Positions 9,100 through 18,258 of a DNA stretch of 64,000 nt are shown in pieces. How positions within the stretch are numbered: position 1 is the first letter of the stretch; each line of letters starts with the position of its first letter. The notes beneath the pieces are model-generated. The model saw only the letters and a program-made list of their open reading frames with translations, did no database searches and was not told the DNA's origin. The DNA is from an uncultured virus (IMG/VR IMGVR_UViG_3300024520_000070) (Duplodnaviria; Heunggongvirae; Uroviricota; Caudoviricetes), in IMG/VR virus record IMGVR_UViG_3300024520_000070. One strand, 5' to 3'. A program made the translations under genes and the position numbers.

Positions 9100-9654
9100 A
9101 TGGCAAGAACAACGTTTAGTGGACCAATAAGATCTTTAAGAGGATTCTTAGGATCAGGTCCAGACATGGCGACAGGGACAATAGGAGCAGGTACTGTTGA
9201 TGGTGGCACGAATATAACTGGCATCGATTTGTATCAAGGCAAAGTAGTACAACTGGCAAACAACACAGTTGTTTTCAACCTACCTGAAATCATAACTACA
9301 ACTACAGCTAATGTAGCAGGATCAGATGATCCAAACTCTCTTAACAGAGTTGGATATGAAATCACATTTCTGTTAACGGCAAATCTATCAGGTGAAACTT
9401 TTACTTTGAATGCAGGAACTGCAGCAGGTAGAAGTAATGCTGATGTATTTCAAGGAACTGCTCAGTATGTTGATACTGGAGATAATTCTATGGAAGGATT
9501 TAATGCGGCAGGAGCTGATACTTTAACTTTGGACGGTAGTACACGAGGTGGACTCGGCGGTTCAATAGTTTATTGTAGAGCGGCTGCGGATGGCGTTTGG
9601 CTTATCCACTGCGCTTTAAATGGTAACGGCACAATGGTTACCCCTTGGAGTTAA
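9100..9654 (+). CDS. putative virion structural (head fibre/decoration) protein
   Basis: MARTTFSGPIRS N-terminus; Gly/Thr-rich beta domain. Confidence 0.65.
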   Translation: MARTTFSGPIRSLRGFLGSGPDMATGTIGAGTVDGGTNITGIDLYQGKVVQLANNTVVFNLPEIITTTTANVAGSDDPNSLNRVGYEITFLLTANLSGETFTLNAGTAAGRSNADVFQGTAQYVDTGDNSMEGFNAAGADTLTLDGSTRGGLGGSIVYCRAAADGVWLIHCALNGNGTMVTPWS

Positions 9655-9668
9655 TAGATAAATAAATT

Positions 9669-9694
9669 TTGTGAGCTCCTTCGGGAGCTTACAA
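9669..9694 (+). terminator. stable hairpin with a cUUCGg tetraloop (terminator or processing stem)
   Basis: TTGTGAGCTCC-TTCG-GGAGCTTACAA. Confidence 0.6.
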
Positions 9695-9712
9695 GAATAG
9701 GAGATACAAATT

Positions 9713-10018
9713 ATGACGATTCAATCGCCAAATATACAGGCCAGTTATATAAATACTGAAGGCACTACCGTGCAAGTAGGAAGAACAAGAGTTTATGGAG
9801 TTTATCTAGACAGTCATACAACTGCTGGAAATTTTTCTATCCATAATGAAAATTCCACTGGTACAGTAATGTTTAGATGTAAGACCCCTGCTATAGCTGA
9901 AGGGATTACAATAAATTTTCCGCAACCGATTTTATGTAAAGGTGGAGTTTACACAGCCTTCACTACGGAACACGTTGTAGCAGCGACAGTTTTTCATAGT
10001 GGTGGAAGTAGCAACTAG
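9713..10018 (+). CDS. putative small virion protein
   Basis: AGGAG SD; 101 aa beta-rich. Confidence 0.65.
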   Translation: MTIQSPNIQASYINTEGTTVQVGRTRVYGVYLDSHTTAGNFSIHNENSTGTVMFRCKTPAIAEGITINFPQPILCKGGVYTAFTTEHVVAATVFHSGGSSN

Positions 10019-10027
10019 GAGGACTAA

Positions 10028-10966
10028 GTGGCTTTTTCTGGCACAACTACATTCGAGAAGACATTCTCGATAGATGAAATTATTACTGAGTCTTTTGAAA
10101 GATTAGGATTTTTTGATTATTCTGGAAATGATTTAAGATCAGCTAGAAGATCATTAAATATTTTATTTCAGGAGTGGGACAATAGAGGTGTACACTTTTG
10201 GGAAATAGCTGAACACGCATTTACATTAGCAACAGATCAAAATAATTATGTTATCTATCGTTCACCAACCGATGGAGACTCTGATGGAATCACAACTACA
10301 TTAACAGCTGGAATTAATGCAACGGCTTTAACTATTCCAGTTGCTTCCGTGGCCCAGATGCCTTCTTCTGGAAAAATTAGAATTAATTCTGAAGTTATAA
10401 AATATTCTTCTATTTCAAGTTTAAATTTAATCGTTTCTTCAACTGCAAATAGAGGAATTGATAGTACAACAGCAGCGAGTCATTCTTCTGCAGACACAGT
10501 TACAAATATTGCAGAGATGTGCTCAGATATTCTTGAGTCAAGTTTTAGAACAACTTCAAATGTAGATACTCCTTTATCAAAAGTAAATAGATCACAGTAT
10601 TCTGCTTTTTCAAATAAAATAGCAACAGGGCAACCCTCTCAATATTGGGTTCAAAGATTTATAGATAGAACTACAGTTACTTTATATTTAACCCCAGGTA
10701 GTACTCAGAATGGTGACTTTATGTATTTCTATTATGTAAAAAGAATTCAAGATGCAGGGGCCTATACTAATGAAGCTGATATAGTTAATAGATTTGTCCC
10801 GGCAATGTGTGCGGGCTTATCTTTTTACATGTCGATGAAAAAAGCTCCACAGAGAACACAAGAAATGAAATTAATTTATGAGGATGAACTAAACAGAGCA
10901 CTTCAAGAGGACGGCTCTCCAGCGAGTGTTTATATTTCTCCTAAAACTTATTACCCGAGTATTTAA
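10028..10966 (+). CDS. head-tail adaptor/neck protein (putative)
   Basis: SGNDLRSARRSLNILFQEW, TGQPSQYW, LIYEDELNRALQED; carries an internal beta-domain insert. Confidence 0.7.
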   Translation: MAFSGTTTFEKTFSIDEIITESFERLGFFDYSGNDLRSARRSLNILFQEWDNRGVHFWEIAEHAFTLATDQNNYVIYRSPTDGDSDGITTTLTAGINATALTIPVASVAQMPSSGKIRINSEVIKYSSISSLNLIVSSTANRGIDSTTAASHSSADTVTNIAEMCSDILESSFRTTSNVDTPLSKVNRSQYSAFSNKIATGQPSQYWVQRFIDRTTVTLYLTPGSTQNGDFMYFYYVKRIQDAGAYTNEADIVNRFVPAMCAGLSFYMSMKKAPQRTQEMKLIYEDELNRALQEDGSPASVYISPKTYYPSI

Positions 10967-10968
10967 TT

Positions 10969-11169
10969 ATGACTGAAAAACATTGGATAGTTGACAAAGA
11001 AGGCAATCCTAAAAAAGCTATAGAACAGCCACCTAAAAAACATTGGTTAGTTGACAAAGAAGGCAATCCTAAAGAAGATAAAAAACAACCGCCTAGAAAA
11101 CATTGGTTAAAAAAAGGTGGGCTTGTAATTAAAGGAAAGCCTAAACTAGCTAAGAAAGGTTGGAAGTAA
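10969..11169 (+). CDS. small basic repeat protein
   Basis: 20-aa repeat KHWxVDKEGNPK...QPP; ends KKGGLVIKGKPKLAKKGWK. Confidence 0.7.
   Translation: MTEKHWIVDKEGNPKKAIEQPPKKHWLVDKEGNPKEDKKQPPRKHWLKKGGLVIKGKPKLAKKGWK
10981..11109 (+). repeat. 60-bp tandem repeat (2 full copies plus a partial one)
   Basis: cattgg(a/t)tagttgacaaagaaggcaatcctaaa at 10981 and 11041; cattggtta at 11101. Confidence 0.9.
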
Positions 11170-11984
11170 TGGCAAAATTTGCAAAAGGAAAATACGCACT
11201 AGCAATTTCAGACAGAAGTGGATTAGCATATCCATGGAGACAAATGGTTACAGAATGGAATGGAGCTTTTGTTCATTATTCAGAATTCGAACCCAAGCAA
11301 CCACAACTTAACCCAAAACCATTTGTATCTGATCCTCAGGGTTTAGATCAAGCGCGACCAGCAAGAACTGAGTTTGGTACTCAAGATATTTTACCAAAAA
11401 ATCCATTTACAATGGCAGCGGCTTCTAAACAAGTAACAGTTTCAGAACCTTTTAGTGCTAGATCGGATGAGGATATTGTTAGATTCACTGCAGTTAAATC
11501 TCCAGTAGGTGGAGTAAGTGTTGCTAGATTAGAATTATCCACTACTTTAAATGGAGATATTACAGCCAACGCTACATCTTTAATTCTCACTGATTCATCT
11601 GCATTTCCTCCATCTGGATGGATTGTAGTTGAAAAAGTACAAACTACTGGTGCGGCAGGAGATTCTCATTATAAAAATGAAGTTATTAGATACACTGGAA
11701 ACGCAACAAATACTTTAACTGGATTAGTACGAGGAACAAATGCTCAATTTAGAGGAACGGTTCCCAGTAATACTGAGGCAGTTTCACATCTTTCAGGGGC
11801 AAATGTTTATGGTGGTTATTCAATAACCATGGTACAAACAACCGGTATACCACAACCAGGAATGCCAACTACTAGAACAGAAGAAAATAGTTATACTTTC
11901 CCATTAGTGGCAAATGCGGCAGCGAGTGCAATAGGAGGAGGATTTCAAGTCTTAGCAGGACCTTTGGATTTCCAACAAGGATAA
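11169..11984 (+). CDS. putative virion structural protein
   Basis: TAATG coupling; GKYALAISDRSG..EWNG..EFEPKQPQL followed by beta domains. Confidence 0.7.
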   Translation: MAKFAKGKYALAISDRSGLAYPWRQMVTEWNGAFVHYSEFEPKQPQLNPKPFVSDPQGLDQARPARTEFGTQDILPKNPFTMAAASKQVTVSEPFSARSDEDIVRFTAVKSPVGGVSVARLELSTTLNGDITANATSLILTDSSAFPPSGWIVVEKVQTTGAAGDSHYKNEVIRYTGNATNTLTGLVRGTNAQFRGTVPSNTEAVSHLSGANVYGGYSITMVQTTGIPQPGMPTTRTEENSYTFPLVANAAASAIGGGFQVLAGPLDFQQG

Positions 11985-11985
11985 T

Positions 11986-12636
11986 ATGACATACGCAGAA
12001 TTAGTAACAAAAATTAGAAATTATACAGAAGTAGACTCAAATGTTTTGACTTCTACTATTGTAGATGGATTTATTGAAGATGCTGAGTGGAGAATTCTAA
12101 GAGATGTGGATGCTGACAGCAACAGAAGATATGCAACAGCGTCTTTAGTACTTAATACTAGGTTTATACAGGCTCCAGACAATGCTTTGGTTATTAGATC
12201 AGCTCAGATTGTAGACTCAGATGGCACGGCTTCGGCTGATAATAGAGATTTTTTACAATGGAGAGACACAAGTTTTATGTCGGAATTTAATCCAACCAAT
12301 GCTACAGGGGTTCCCAAGTACTATAGCTGGTGGAATAAGAACGAGTTGGTTTTTGCTCCTACTCCCGATGCTACCTATACAATTCAGTTAAATTATGTCT
12401 TGAAAGACGCTGGATTATCTAGTACTAATACAACAACATATATCAGTTTGAATTTTCCCAATGGACTTTTATATGCATGCCTAGTGGAGGCTTATGGTTT
12501 TTTAAAGGGTCCACAAGATCTCTTGCAATTATACGAACAAAAGTATAAACAAGTACTTGAAGGATTCTCAATAGAACAAATGGGAAGACGAAGACGCGAT
12601 GAATACCAAAGTGGTGTTCCTCGTATAGGAAAATAA
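11986..12636 (+). CDS. head-tail adaptor/tail tubular protein (putative)
   Basis: MTYAELVTKIRNYTE, GVPKYY, APTPD, LLYACLVEAYGFLKG, RRRRDEY. Confidence 0.7.
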   Translation: MTYAELVTKIRNYTEVDSNVLTSTIVDGFIEDAEWRILRDVDADSNRRYATASLVLNTRFIQAPDNALVIRSAQIVDSDGTASADNRDFLQWRDTSFMSEFNPTNATGVPKYYSWWNKNELVFAPTPDATYTIQLNYVLKDAGLSSTNTTTYISLNFPNGLLYACLVEAYGFLKGPQDLLQLYEQKYKQVLEGFSIEQMGRRRRDEYQSGVPRIGK

Positions 12637-12655
12637 GTTAAGGAGATAAAAAACT

Positions 12656-13096
12656 ATGGCAATAACACAGGCAATTTGTAATGCGTTTAAGAAGCAGTTA
12701 CTAGAAGCAGATATGAATTTTAAATCATCTGGTGGCGACAAATTTTACATAGCTCTATATTCCTCTACAGCAACTCTAAACTCAGCAACTACTGCTTACA
12801 CGGCTTCAAGTGAAGTACCCAACACAGGCACTTACGCTGCTGGTGGTGGTCTACTAGTTAATAGTGGAACTTCAATCACAGCTGGTGTAGCAAGAGTAGA
12901 TTTTGGAGACAGATCATTTACTGGTGTGACTTTAACTGCAAGAGGAGCTTTAATCTATAACAACTCATCTGATACTACTAAAGCGTCAGTTTGTGCTTTA
13001 GATTTTGGAGCAGATAAAACAGCTACTTCTGGTACGTTTACAATTCAGTTTCCAGCACCAACATCAACTGCCGCTATTTTAAGAATCTCGGGTTAG
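12656..13096 (+). CDS. virion structural protein
   Basis: MAITQAICNAFK, ARGALIYN, LDFGADKT, FTIQFP. Confidence 0.7.
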   Translation: MAITQAICNAFKKQLLEADMNFKSSGGDKFYIALYSSTATLNSATTAYTASSEVPNTGTYAAGGGLLVNSGTSITAGVARVDFGDRSFTGVTLTARGALIYNNSSDTTKASVCALDFGADKTATSGTFTIQFPAPTSTAAILRISG

Positions 13097-13114
13097 TCGG
13101 GGAGGTAACTTCCT

Positions 13115-14359
13115 ATGGCAACCACTTGGGGTCAATTTACGTGGGGCAGCAATTCTTGGAACACAGAAGTTAATTTAATTATTCCTAGCGGAATAGCATT
13201 AACAGCTAACTTAGGTACTCCCGCATCTTTTTCTACAACAGGATGGGGAAGATACGCCTGGGGCGAGCTATCTTACGGCGTTTATTATTCTAACATTACA
13301 GAAATACCAACTGGCTTTTCTTTGCCAATGGTTCTTAGTGAAGAAACAATCACAACAGAAATTAATGTAGGGTGGGGTAGATCCACTTGGGGAAGCGTGG
13401 CTTGGGGAATTGCCGGCGATGTATTCTTAACAGGTCAAGCTATGAGCACTGCACTTAACAGTGTTTCCGTAACTGCTGAAGTTAACATTGGTTGGGGTTC
13501 TGATCCTTGGGGCATTGAAGCATGGGGTCAATCTTTATTAGCAGTAGACGTTACTGGTATTGCGATGGTGGTGGCCGAAGGTGGAGCAGGTATTTCTACT
13601 TACGGAGATAGTTCTTTAACTCTTTCATCTGCAGGAACGGCGACAGTAACAACTGGCGCTGCTATTGCTTACGCATCATTTGTCGCAGAACCTACTGGTA
13701 TTGCGATGACCATGAACCTAAGTTTTGATCCTGAGTATGTGAGTCCAACTGGTTTTGCGATGACCGCTGCTTTAGGTACAGCAGTCGCAGACAATATTAC
13801 TATAGCCGAAGTGTCGGCCACATCCGCTGTTACATGGGGTAATTCTAATTGGGGTTACGGTGTTTATGGTAACCAACAAGTTAATACTCTTGTTATGGCG
13901 ATGCAGGAAAACTTTAGCGGAGCTGATCCTGGTCCTGATGCAAATCCTATTGGTCAAGCAATGGCTGCTAATTTAACACCAGGTAGTTCTTATGATATTA
14001 CCGGTGATGCAAATGTAACTATTGAAACAGCTATGGGCTGGGGCAATGGTAAGTGGGGTGAATCTAAATGGGGTAATGGTGTTTATTTTGCAGATCCTAA
14101 CTTTACATTTAGTTTAGCTATGGGTCTTGGCACCGTTGTAGCCGACGCCAATACACACCCTGATATCACTGGTTTTGCTTTAGTAATGCAAGAAGGTGAT
14201 GAAGATACTAGTGGAAATGCTAAGGTAGATTTAACTGGAAATACCTTGACATTCGCGCTTGGTACAGCTACAAATGTATTGATTTGGAACGAAGTCCCAA
14301 CCGGCACAGCACCGGTAGACCCGCCAGGATGGCAGGAAGTCGATACTAGCGCTGCTTAA
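13115..14359 (+). CDS. virion structural protein with (WG-x3)3 repeats
   Basis: Six Trp-Gly triplet blocks separated by Thr/Ala-rich spacers; GGAGG SD. Confidence 0.7.
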   Translation: MATTWGQFTWGSNSWNTEVNLIIPSGIALTANLGTPASFSTTGWGRYAWGELSYGVYYSNITEIPTGFSLPMVLSEETITTEINVGWGRSTWGSVAWGIAGDVFLTGQAMSTALNSVSVTAEVNIGWGSDPWGIEAWGQSLLAVDVTGIAMVVAEGGAGISTYGDSSLTLSSAGTATVTTGAAIAYASFVAEPTGIAMTMNLSFDPEYVSPTGFAMTAALGTAVADNITIAEVSATSAVTWGNSNWGYGVYGNQQVNTLVMAMQENFSGADPGPDANPIGQAMAANLTPGSSYDITGDANVTIETAMGWGNGKWGESKWGNGVYFADPNFTFSLAMGLGTVVADANTHPDITGFALVMQEGDEDTSGNAKVDLTGNTLTFALGTATNVLIWNEVPTGTAPVDPPGWQEVDTSAA

Positions 14360-14367
14360 ATAAGTGT

Positions 14368-14396
14368 TTGACACTTATTGATAAATTAAATAATAT
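14368..14396 (+). promoter_or_regulatory. sigma70-like promoter with a palindrome over the -35
   Basis: TTGACA-17 nt-TAATAT; AATAAGTGT-ttg-ACACTTATT at 14359-14379. Confidence 0.6.
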
Positions 14397-14419
14397 ATGA
14401 TTATTGGAGCATAAAAATT

Positions 14420-15628
14420 ATGGCGAATTCAACATCAGCTAGTTTAAAACTAACTGTCCAAGCGACTGGGGAAAACTCAGGAACATGGGGACAAATAACT
14501 AACACAAACTTATTAATCTTAGAACAAGCTATCGGTGGATATCAATCGATTGCAGTTACATCTGGTGCAACTTTAACGTTCACTAATGGTGCAGTTTCTA
14601 ATGGTAAAAATCAAATTTTAAAATTAACAGGAACTATTGTAGGGGCGATTAACGTAGTTGTTCCAGATTCTGTTGAAAAAACTTACATTATTCAAAACTC
14701 TACAACTGGTTCGCATGCTGTAACAGTTAAGACTACTTCAGGAACTGGAGTAACTTGGTTAGCTACGGACAAAGGTATTAAAGAAGTATATTCTGATGGT
14801 ACTAACATTGTAGATACAGCATTTACAGATTTATCATCTGACTACTCACCACAACTTTCAGCAGATTTAGATTGTAATGCACAAGATATTATAATGGATA
14901 GTGGAAACTCTATTCAAGATGATTCCAATAACGAATACCTTAAATTTGTTAAAACAGGAACAGCAGTTAATGAATTTACTATTACCAACAAAGCAGCAGG
15001 CGGCGAACCGTCACTTTCTGCAACTGGTGATGATACAGATATTTCTATAGATTTAATTCCAAAAGGAACAGGTCAAGTTACATCAGGTGGTGTAGCTATG
15101 GGTGTTTCTGGTAAAGAAACTATATGGGTACCGGCAACTACTATGTATCCTACGACTACAGCGGGTGCGAATGCAATAGCTTTAACTGAGTTAACTGCAG
15201 GAACTCCAGAAATTAACACAATCGATTTTGATGCTGCAACAGAAGAAAACGCTCAATTTACAGTAGCCCTTCCAAAATCTTGGAATCTAGGTACTGTTAC
15301 CTACCAGGTTTTCTGGACAGGTAATTCTACTAACACAGGTGACTGTATTTGGGGATTAAAAGGAGTAGCTATTGCTAATGGAGCAGATATTGATACAGCT
15401 TTCGGAACAGCAATTACTGTGACGGATGCTCACACAGGTACAGCAGATTTTTTAGACGTCTCATCTGAAAGTACAGCAATGACAATCGCTGGCTCTCCAG
15501 CTGCAGGCGAACAATGCTTTTTTAATTTTTACAGAGATGCAGATGCAGCGGGTGATACGTTTTCGGCAGACGCCAGACTTATAGGAATCAAACTACACTT
15601 CACTACAAATGCACCTAACGACGCATAA
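14420..15628 (+). CDS. tail fibre/spike protein
   Basis: N-terminal anchor ATGENSGTWGQITNTNL; PQLSADLD and IDLIPKGTG fibre motifs; C-terminal beta-sandwich. Confidence 0.7.
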   Translation: MANSTSASLKLTVQATGENSGTWGQITNTNLLILEQAIGGYQSIAVTSGATLTFTNGAVSNGKNQILKLTGTIVGAINVVVPDSVEKTYIIQNSTTGSHAVTVKTTSGTGVTWLATDKGIKEVYSDGTNIVDTAFTDLSSDYSPQLSADLDCNAQDIIMDSGNSIQDDSNNEYLKFVKTGTAVNEFTITNKAAGGEPSLSATGDDTDISIDLIPKGTGQVTSGGVAMGVSGKETIWVPATTMYPTTTAGANAIALTELTAGTPEINTIDFDAATEENAQFTVALPKSWNLGTVTYQVFWTGNSTNTGDCIWGLKGVAIANGADIDTAFGTAITVTDAHTGTADFLDVSSESTAMTIAGSPAAGEQCFFNFYRDADAAGDTFSADARLIGIKLHFTTNAPNDA

Positions 15629-15645
15629 TAAATAGAGGAGGAAAC

Positions 15646-16512
15646 ATGTTTGGATATCAAGTATTAGGATTCGGTTCTGGAGGCGGAGGACCGGCAGCAG
15701 CAACTGGCGGTAATATGACTGAAGACGGAACTTATCGCATTCACACTTTTTTAGCAGGCGGACAATTCGCATTTACAGGAGGTTCTGTAGCAACATTACC
15801 CGTAGAATTTTTAACTGTCTCTGGAGGAGGCGGTGGTGCTGACGGCGGCGGAGACGGCGGCGGCGGTGGCGCAGGAGGATATCAAGAAGGATCAAGTTCA
15901 GGATTAGGAGTAGGAACAAATTACGCAGTGACAGTTGGAACTGGTGGCTCAGGTCCGGGTGGCATAAATGGTGGACAATCAATTTGGTCTGCTCCAGGAT
16001 CAGCACCTACAGGTGGCGTAGTTACAGCTATCGGTGGTGGCGGAGGTTCAGGTGGACCAGGAATGGGACCAGGACCACAAGGAAAAGCTGGAGGCTCTTC
16101 AGGCGGAGGCGCAAGAGGAGGCGGATCAGCAACTGCACAAAATTCAAATTCCGGAGCCGGAATCGGTTATGGAAATGTCGGCGGTGGCGGCAGCATGGCA
16201 AGAGCTGGCGGTGGCGGCGGAGCTGGCGGTGCAGGAGGAACTCCTGGCCCTGGTGGTATAGGAAGACAAAACGATATATTAGTAGCCGCTTCACAAGTTT
16301 ATTACGCTGGAGGCGGTGGTGGTGGAAACCAAACCGGTGGTGGCGGAGCTGGTGGCCAAGGCGGTGGAATGCCAGGCTCTACTGGATTCGGTGGAGGAAT
16401 TTCTCCTGCACCAGCCAATACAGGTGGAGGCGGCGCTGGATCAGCAGACTCTCCTAGTGGAAGTAATGGCGGTAGTGGAATAGTAATCGTTAGATTTGAT
16501 TCGGAGGGATAA
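15646..16512 (+). CDS. glycine-rich receptor-binding/adhesin-like protein
   Basis: MFGYQVLGFG start, YRIHTF, GGGGAGG runs, C-terminal GGSGIVIVRF. Confidence 0.75.
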   Translation: MFGYQVLGFGSGGGGPAAATGGNMTEDGTYRIHTFLAGGQFAFTGGSVATLPVEFLTVSGGGGGADGGGDGGGGGAGGYQEGSSSGLGVGTNYAVTVGTGGSGPGGINGGQSIWSAPGSAPTGGVVTAIGGGGGSGGPGMGPGPQGKAGGSSGGGARGGGSATAQNSNSGAGIGYGNVGGGGSMARAGGGGGAGGAGGTPGPGGIGRQNDILVAASQVYYAGGGGGGNQTGGGGAGGQGGGMPGSTGFGGGISPAPANTGGGGAGSADSPSGSNGGSGIVIVRFDSEG

Positions 16513-16901
16513 TGGCAACAACACCCATAGCAGTTTTAGATGGTAGTGATAACATTATAAACGTCATAGGATTAAAATCATCTGATGTAGACGATGGTGG
16601 CACTCCAAGTGACGCTAAATGTTCTGCACGTATATTAGAAATCTACGGACCTTCAACTGATACAAATTTATATATAATATACAAAGACTCTAGAGTTAAT
16701 GAACCTGGAGTTGGTGGAACTTATGATCGTGCAAACGATAAACTTATTAAACCAAAAGAACCACCTTTTGCGTGGCCTAGTTACACGTTAAATACTACTA
16801 CATGGCAGTGGGACGCACCTACTCCTTATCCAACTGATGGTCAGTCATACGGTTGGGATGAAGATACTTTATCTTGGGTTCTTACCGACCCACAGTTTTA
16901 A
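16512..16901 (+). CDS. partner protein of the Gly-rich adhesin (possible fibre chaperone)
   Basis: TAATG coupling; GGTYD...WPSYTLNTTTWQWDAPTPYP..YGWDE. Confidence 0.65.
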   Translation: MATTPIAVLDGSDNIINVIGLKSSDVDDGGTPSDAKCSARILEIYGPSTDTNLYIIYKDSRVNEPGVGGTYDRANDKLIKPKEPPFAWPSYTLNTTTWQWDAPTPYPTDGQSYGWDEDTLSWVLTDPQF

Positions 16902-16945
16902 TTTGATTTTTTAATCCCCTATGTTATAAATCCTGAAAAGGATTT

Positions 16946-17536
16946 ATGTTTCGTTCGAAAGTAACTAGAATTAATTACACCCTGAATATGGCTATTACGG
17001 AGCTCAACATGGCTCATGAAGAAGAACTGCTTAAAGCTTTAGAGAAAAAAATTATTACAGGTATTGAGAAACAACCTGACAAAAATAATAATTATTTAAC
17101 TAATGTTCAAGGGAAGATGACAGCCTTTAACTTTTTTAATAGTGATCCTGATTTTAAACTATTCTTAGAGAGTATGTTTTTTAGATGGTCTCAAGACAGT
17201 TTGTTTTATGAGGACATGAATAAAAAAACTAGGATGTATAAATGTAACATAGTTAATTCGTGGGGAAGTATTCTAACCAAGAAAGACTTTGTAAGAAGAC
17301 ATGACCACTTAGGTACAGATTTTGCCAGTGTTTTATATTTTGGGGACTCTATAATAAATATAGATTCTACTGATAAGAGCGCTAATTATACGAGGCAATT
17401 AAGTGCCCAAAGAGGTATAGTTATTACCTTTCCTTCGTATGTTCAGCACTGGGTTGATCCCGTAAATATCCCTGGAAAAAGAGTTACACTAGCGTGGAAC
17501 TGGTCCTTCGATAAACCATGGGGAGATAGCTATTAA
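16946..17536 (+). CDS. Fe(II)/2OG-dependent oxygenase
   Basis: HDH...ITFPSYVQHWV...RVTLAWN. Confidence 0.8.
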   Translation: MFRSKVTRINYTLNMAITELNMAHEEELLKALEKKIITGIEKQPDKNNNYLTNVQGKMTAFNFFNSDPDFKLFLESMFFRWSQDSLFYEDMNKKTRMYKCNIVNSWGSILTKKDFVRRHDHLGTDFASVLYFGDSIINIDSTDKSANYTRQLSAQRGIVITFPSYVQHWVDPVNIPGKRVTLAWNWSFDKPWGDSY

Positions 17537-18258
17537 TGTATTTTCCACTTACCATTGTAGATAACTTTTTTGATGATTTTGATTATGTATTAAAGCTAGC
17601 TAAAAGTCTTCCTTATGACCAAAAAGAAAGACACTATGTTTTTAATAATACATGGCATAAAAATTATACAATGCCTGGGTCAGTTACAAAACCCCTACAT
17701 GAAATTCAACCAGATTATTTTAGATACTCTACAGAGAAAATTTTATCTCTATTCTATAACCGCTTTCAAATACATGATACCCCTTATAAGTGTTTAACTA
17801 AATTTGAAAAGATCGTTCCCTATGGAAATGAATATGATAAGCATGGCTTTGTCCATTCAGATGATGACAATATGTTAAGTTGTCTATTTTATATTCAAGG
17901 AGATCAAGATGAAGGAACAAGCTTTTTTAAATTTAAAAAATCACCCGCTCCAGACACCTTTCACCATATGGATATAAAAGAAAAACTATATGGTGGAGAA
18001 AAAGTTGATCCTAAGTTGTATAATAAAATGTTAGCCGAACATAATTCTTCTTATGATTTAATTTTAGAAGTACCTTTTATTCCAAACAGAGCTATTGTAT
18101 TTGACTCATCTCACTTTCATGCGTCCAATGGATATGGTTCAATAAAGAAAAATAGAATAATACAAACTTTTTTCTTTTCCGAAATTAAAGCGGGTTCATT
18201 TCCTATCCCTGAAAAAAATAGGGTTAGTAACTTAGGGAGTTGGAAGGCATCATACTAA
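17536..18258 (+). CDS. Fe(II)/2OG-dependent oxygenase
   Basis: IVDNFF, VHSD, GTSFF, NRAIVFDSSHFHAS, RIIQTFF. Confidence 0.8.
   Translation: MYFPLTIVDNFFDDFDYVLKLAKSLPYDQKERHYVFNNTWHKNYTMPGSVTKPLHEIQPDYFRYSTEKILSLFYNRFQIHDTPYKCLTKFEKIVPYGNEYDKHGFVHSDDDNMLSCLFYIQGDQDEGTSFFKFKKSPAPDTFHHMDIKEKLYGGEKVDPKLYNKMLAEHNSSYDLILEVPFIPNRAIVFDSSHFHASNGYGSIKKNRIIQTFFFSEIKAGSFPIPEKNRVSNLGSWKASY

Noticed and set aside
10981..11109. 60-bp repeat as a DGR template/variable pair or as promoters (it contains TTGACA)
   Set aside because: In-frame coding tandem duplication; no RT gene and no matching -10.
15773..16457. Arg/Trp-rich and other overlapping ORFs within the Gly-rich gene
   Set aside because: Shadow frames of GGN codon runs; no SD.
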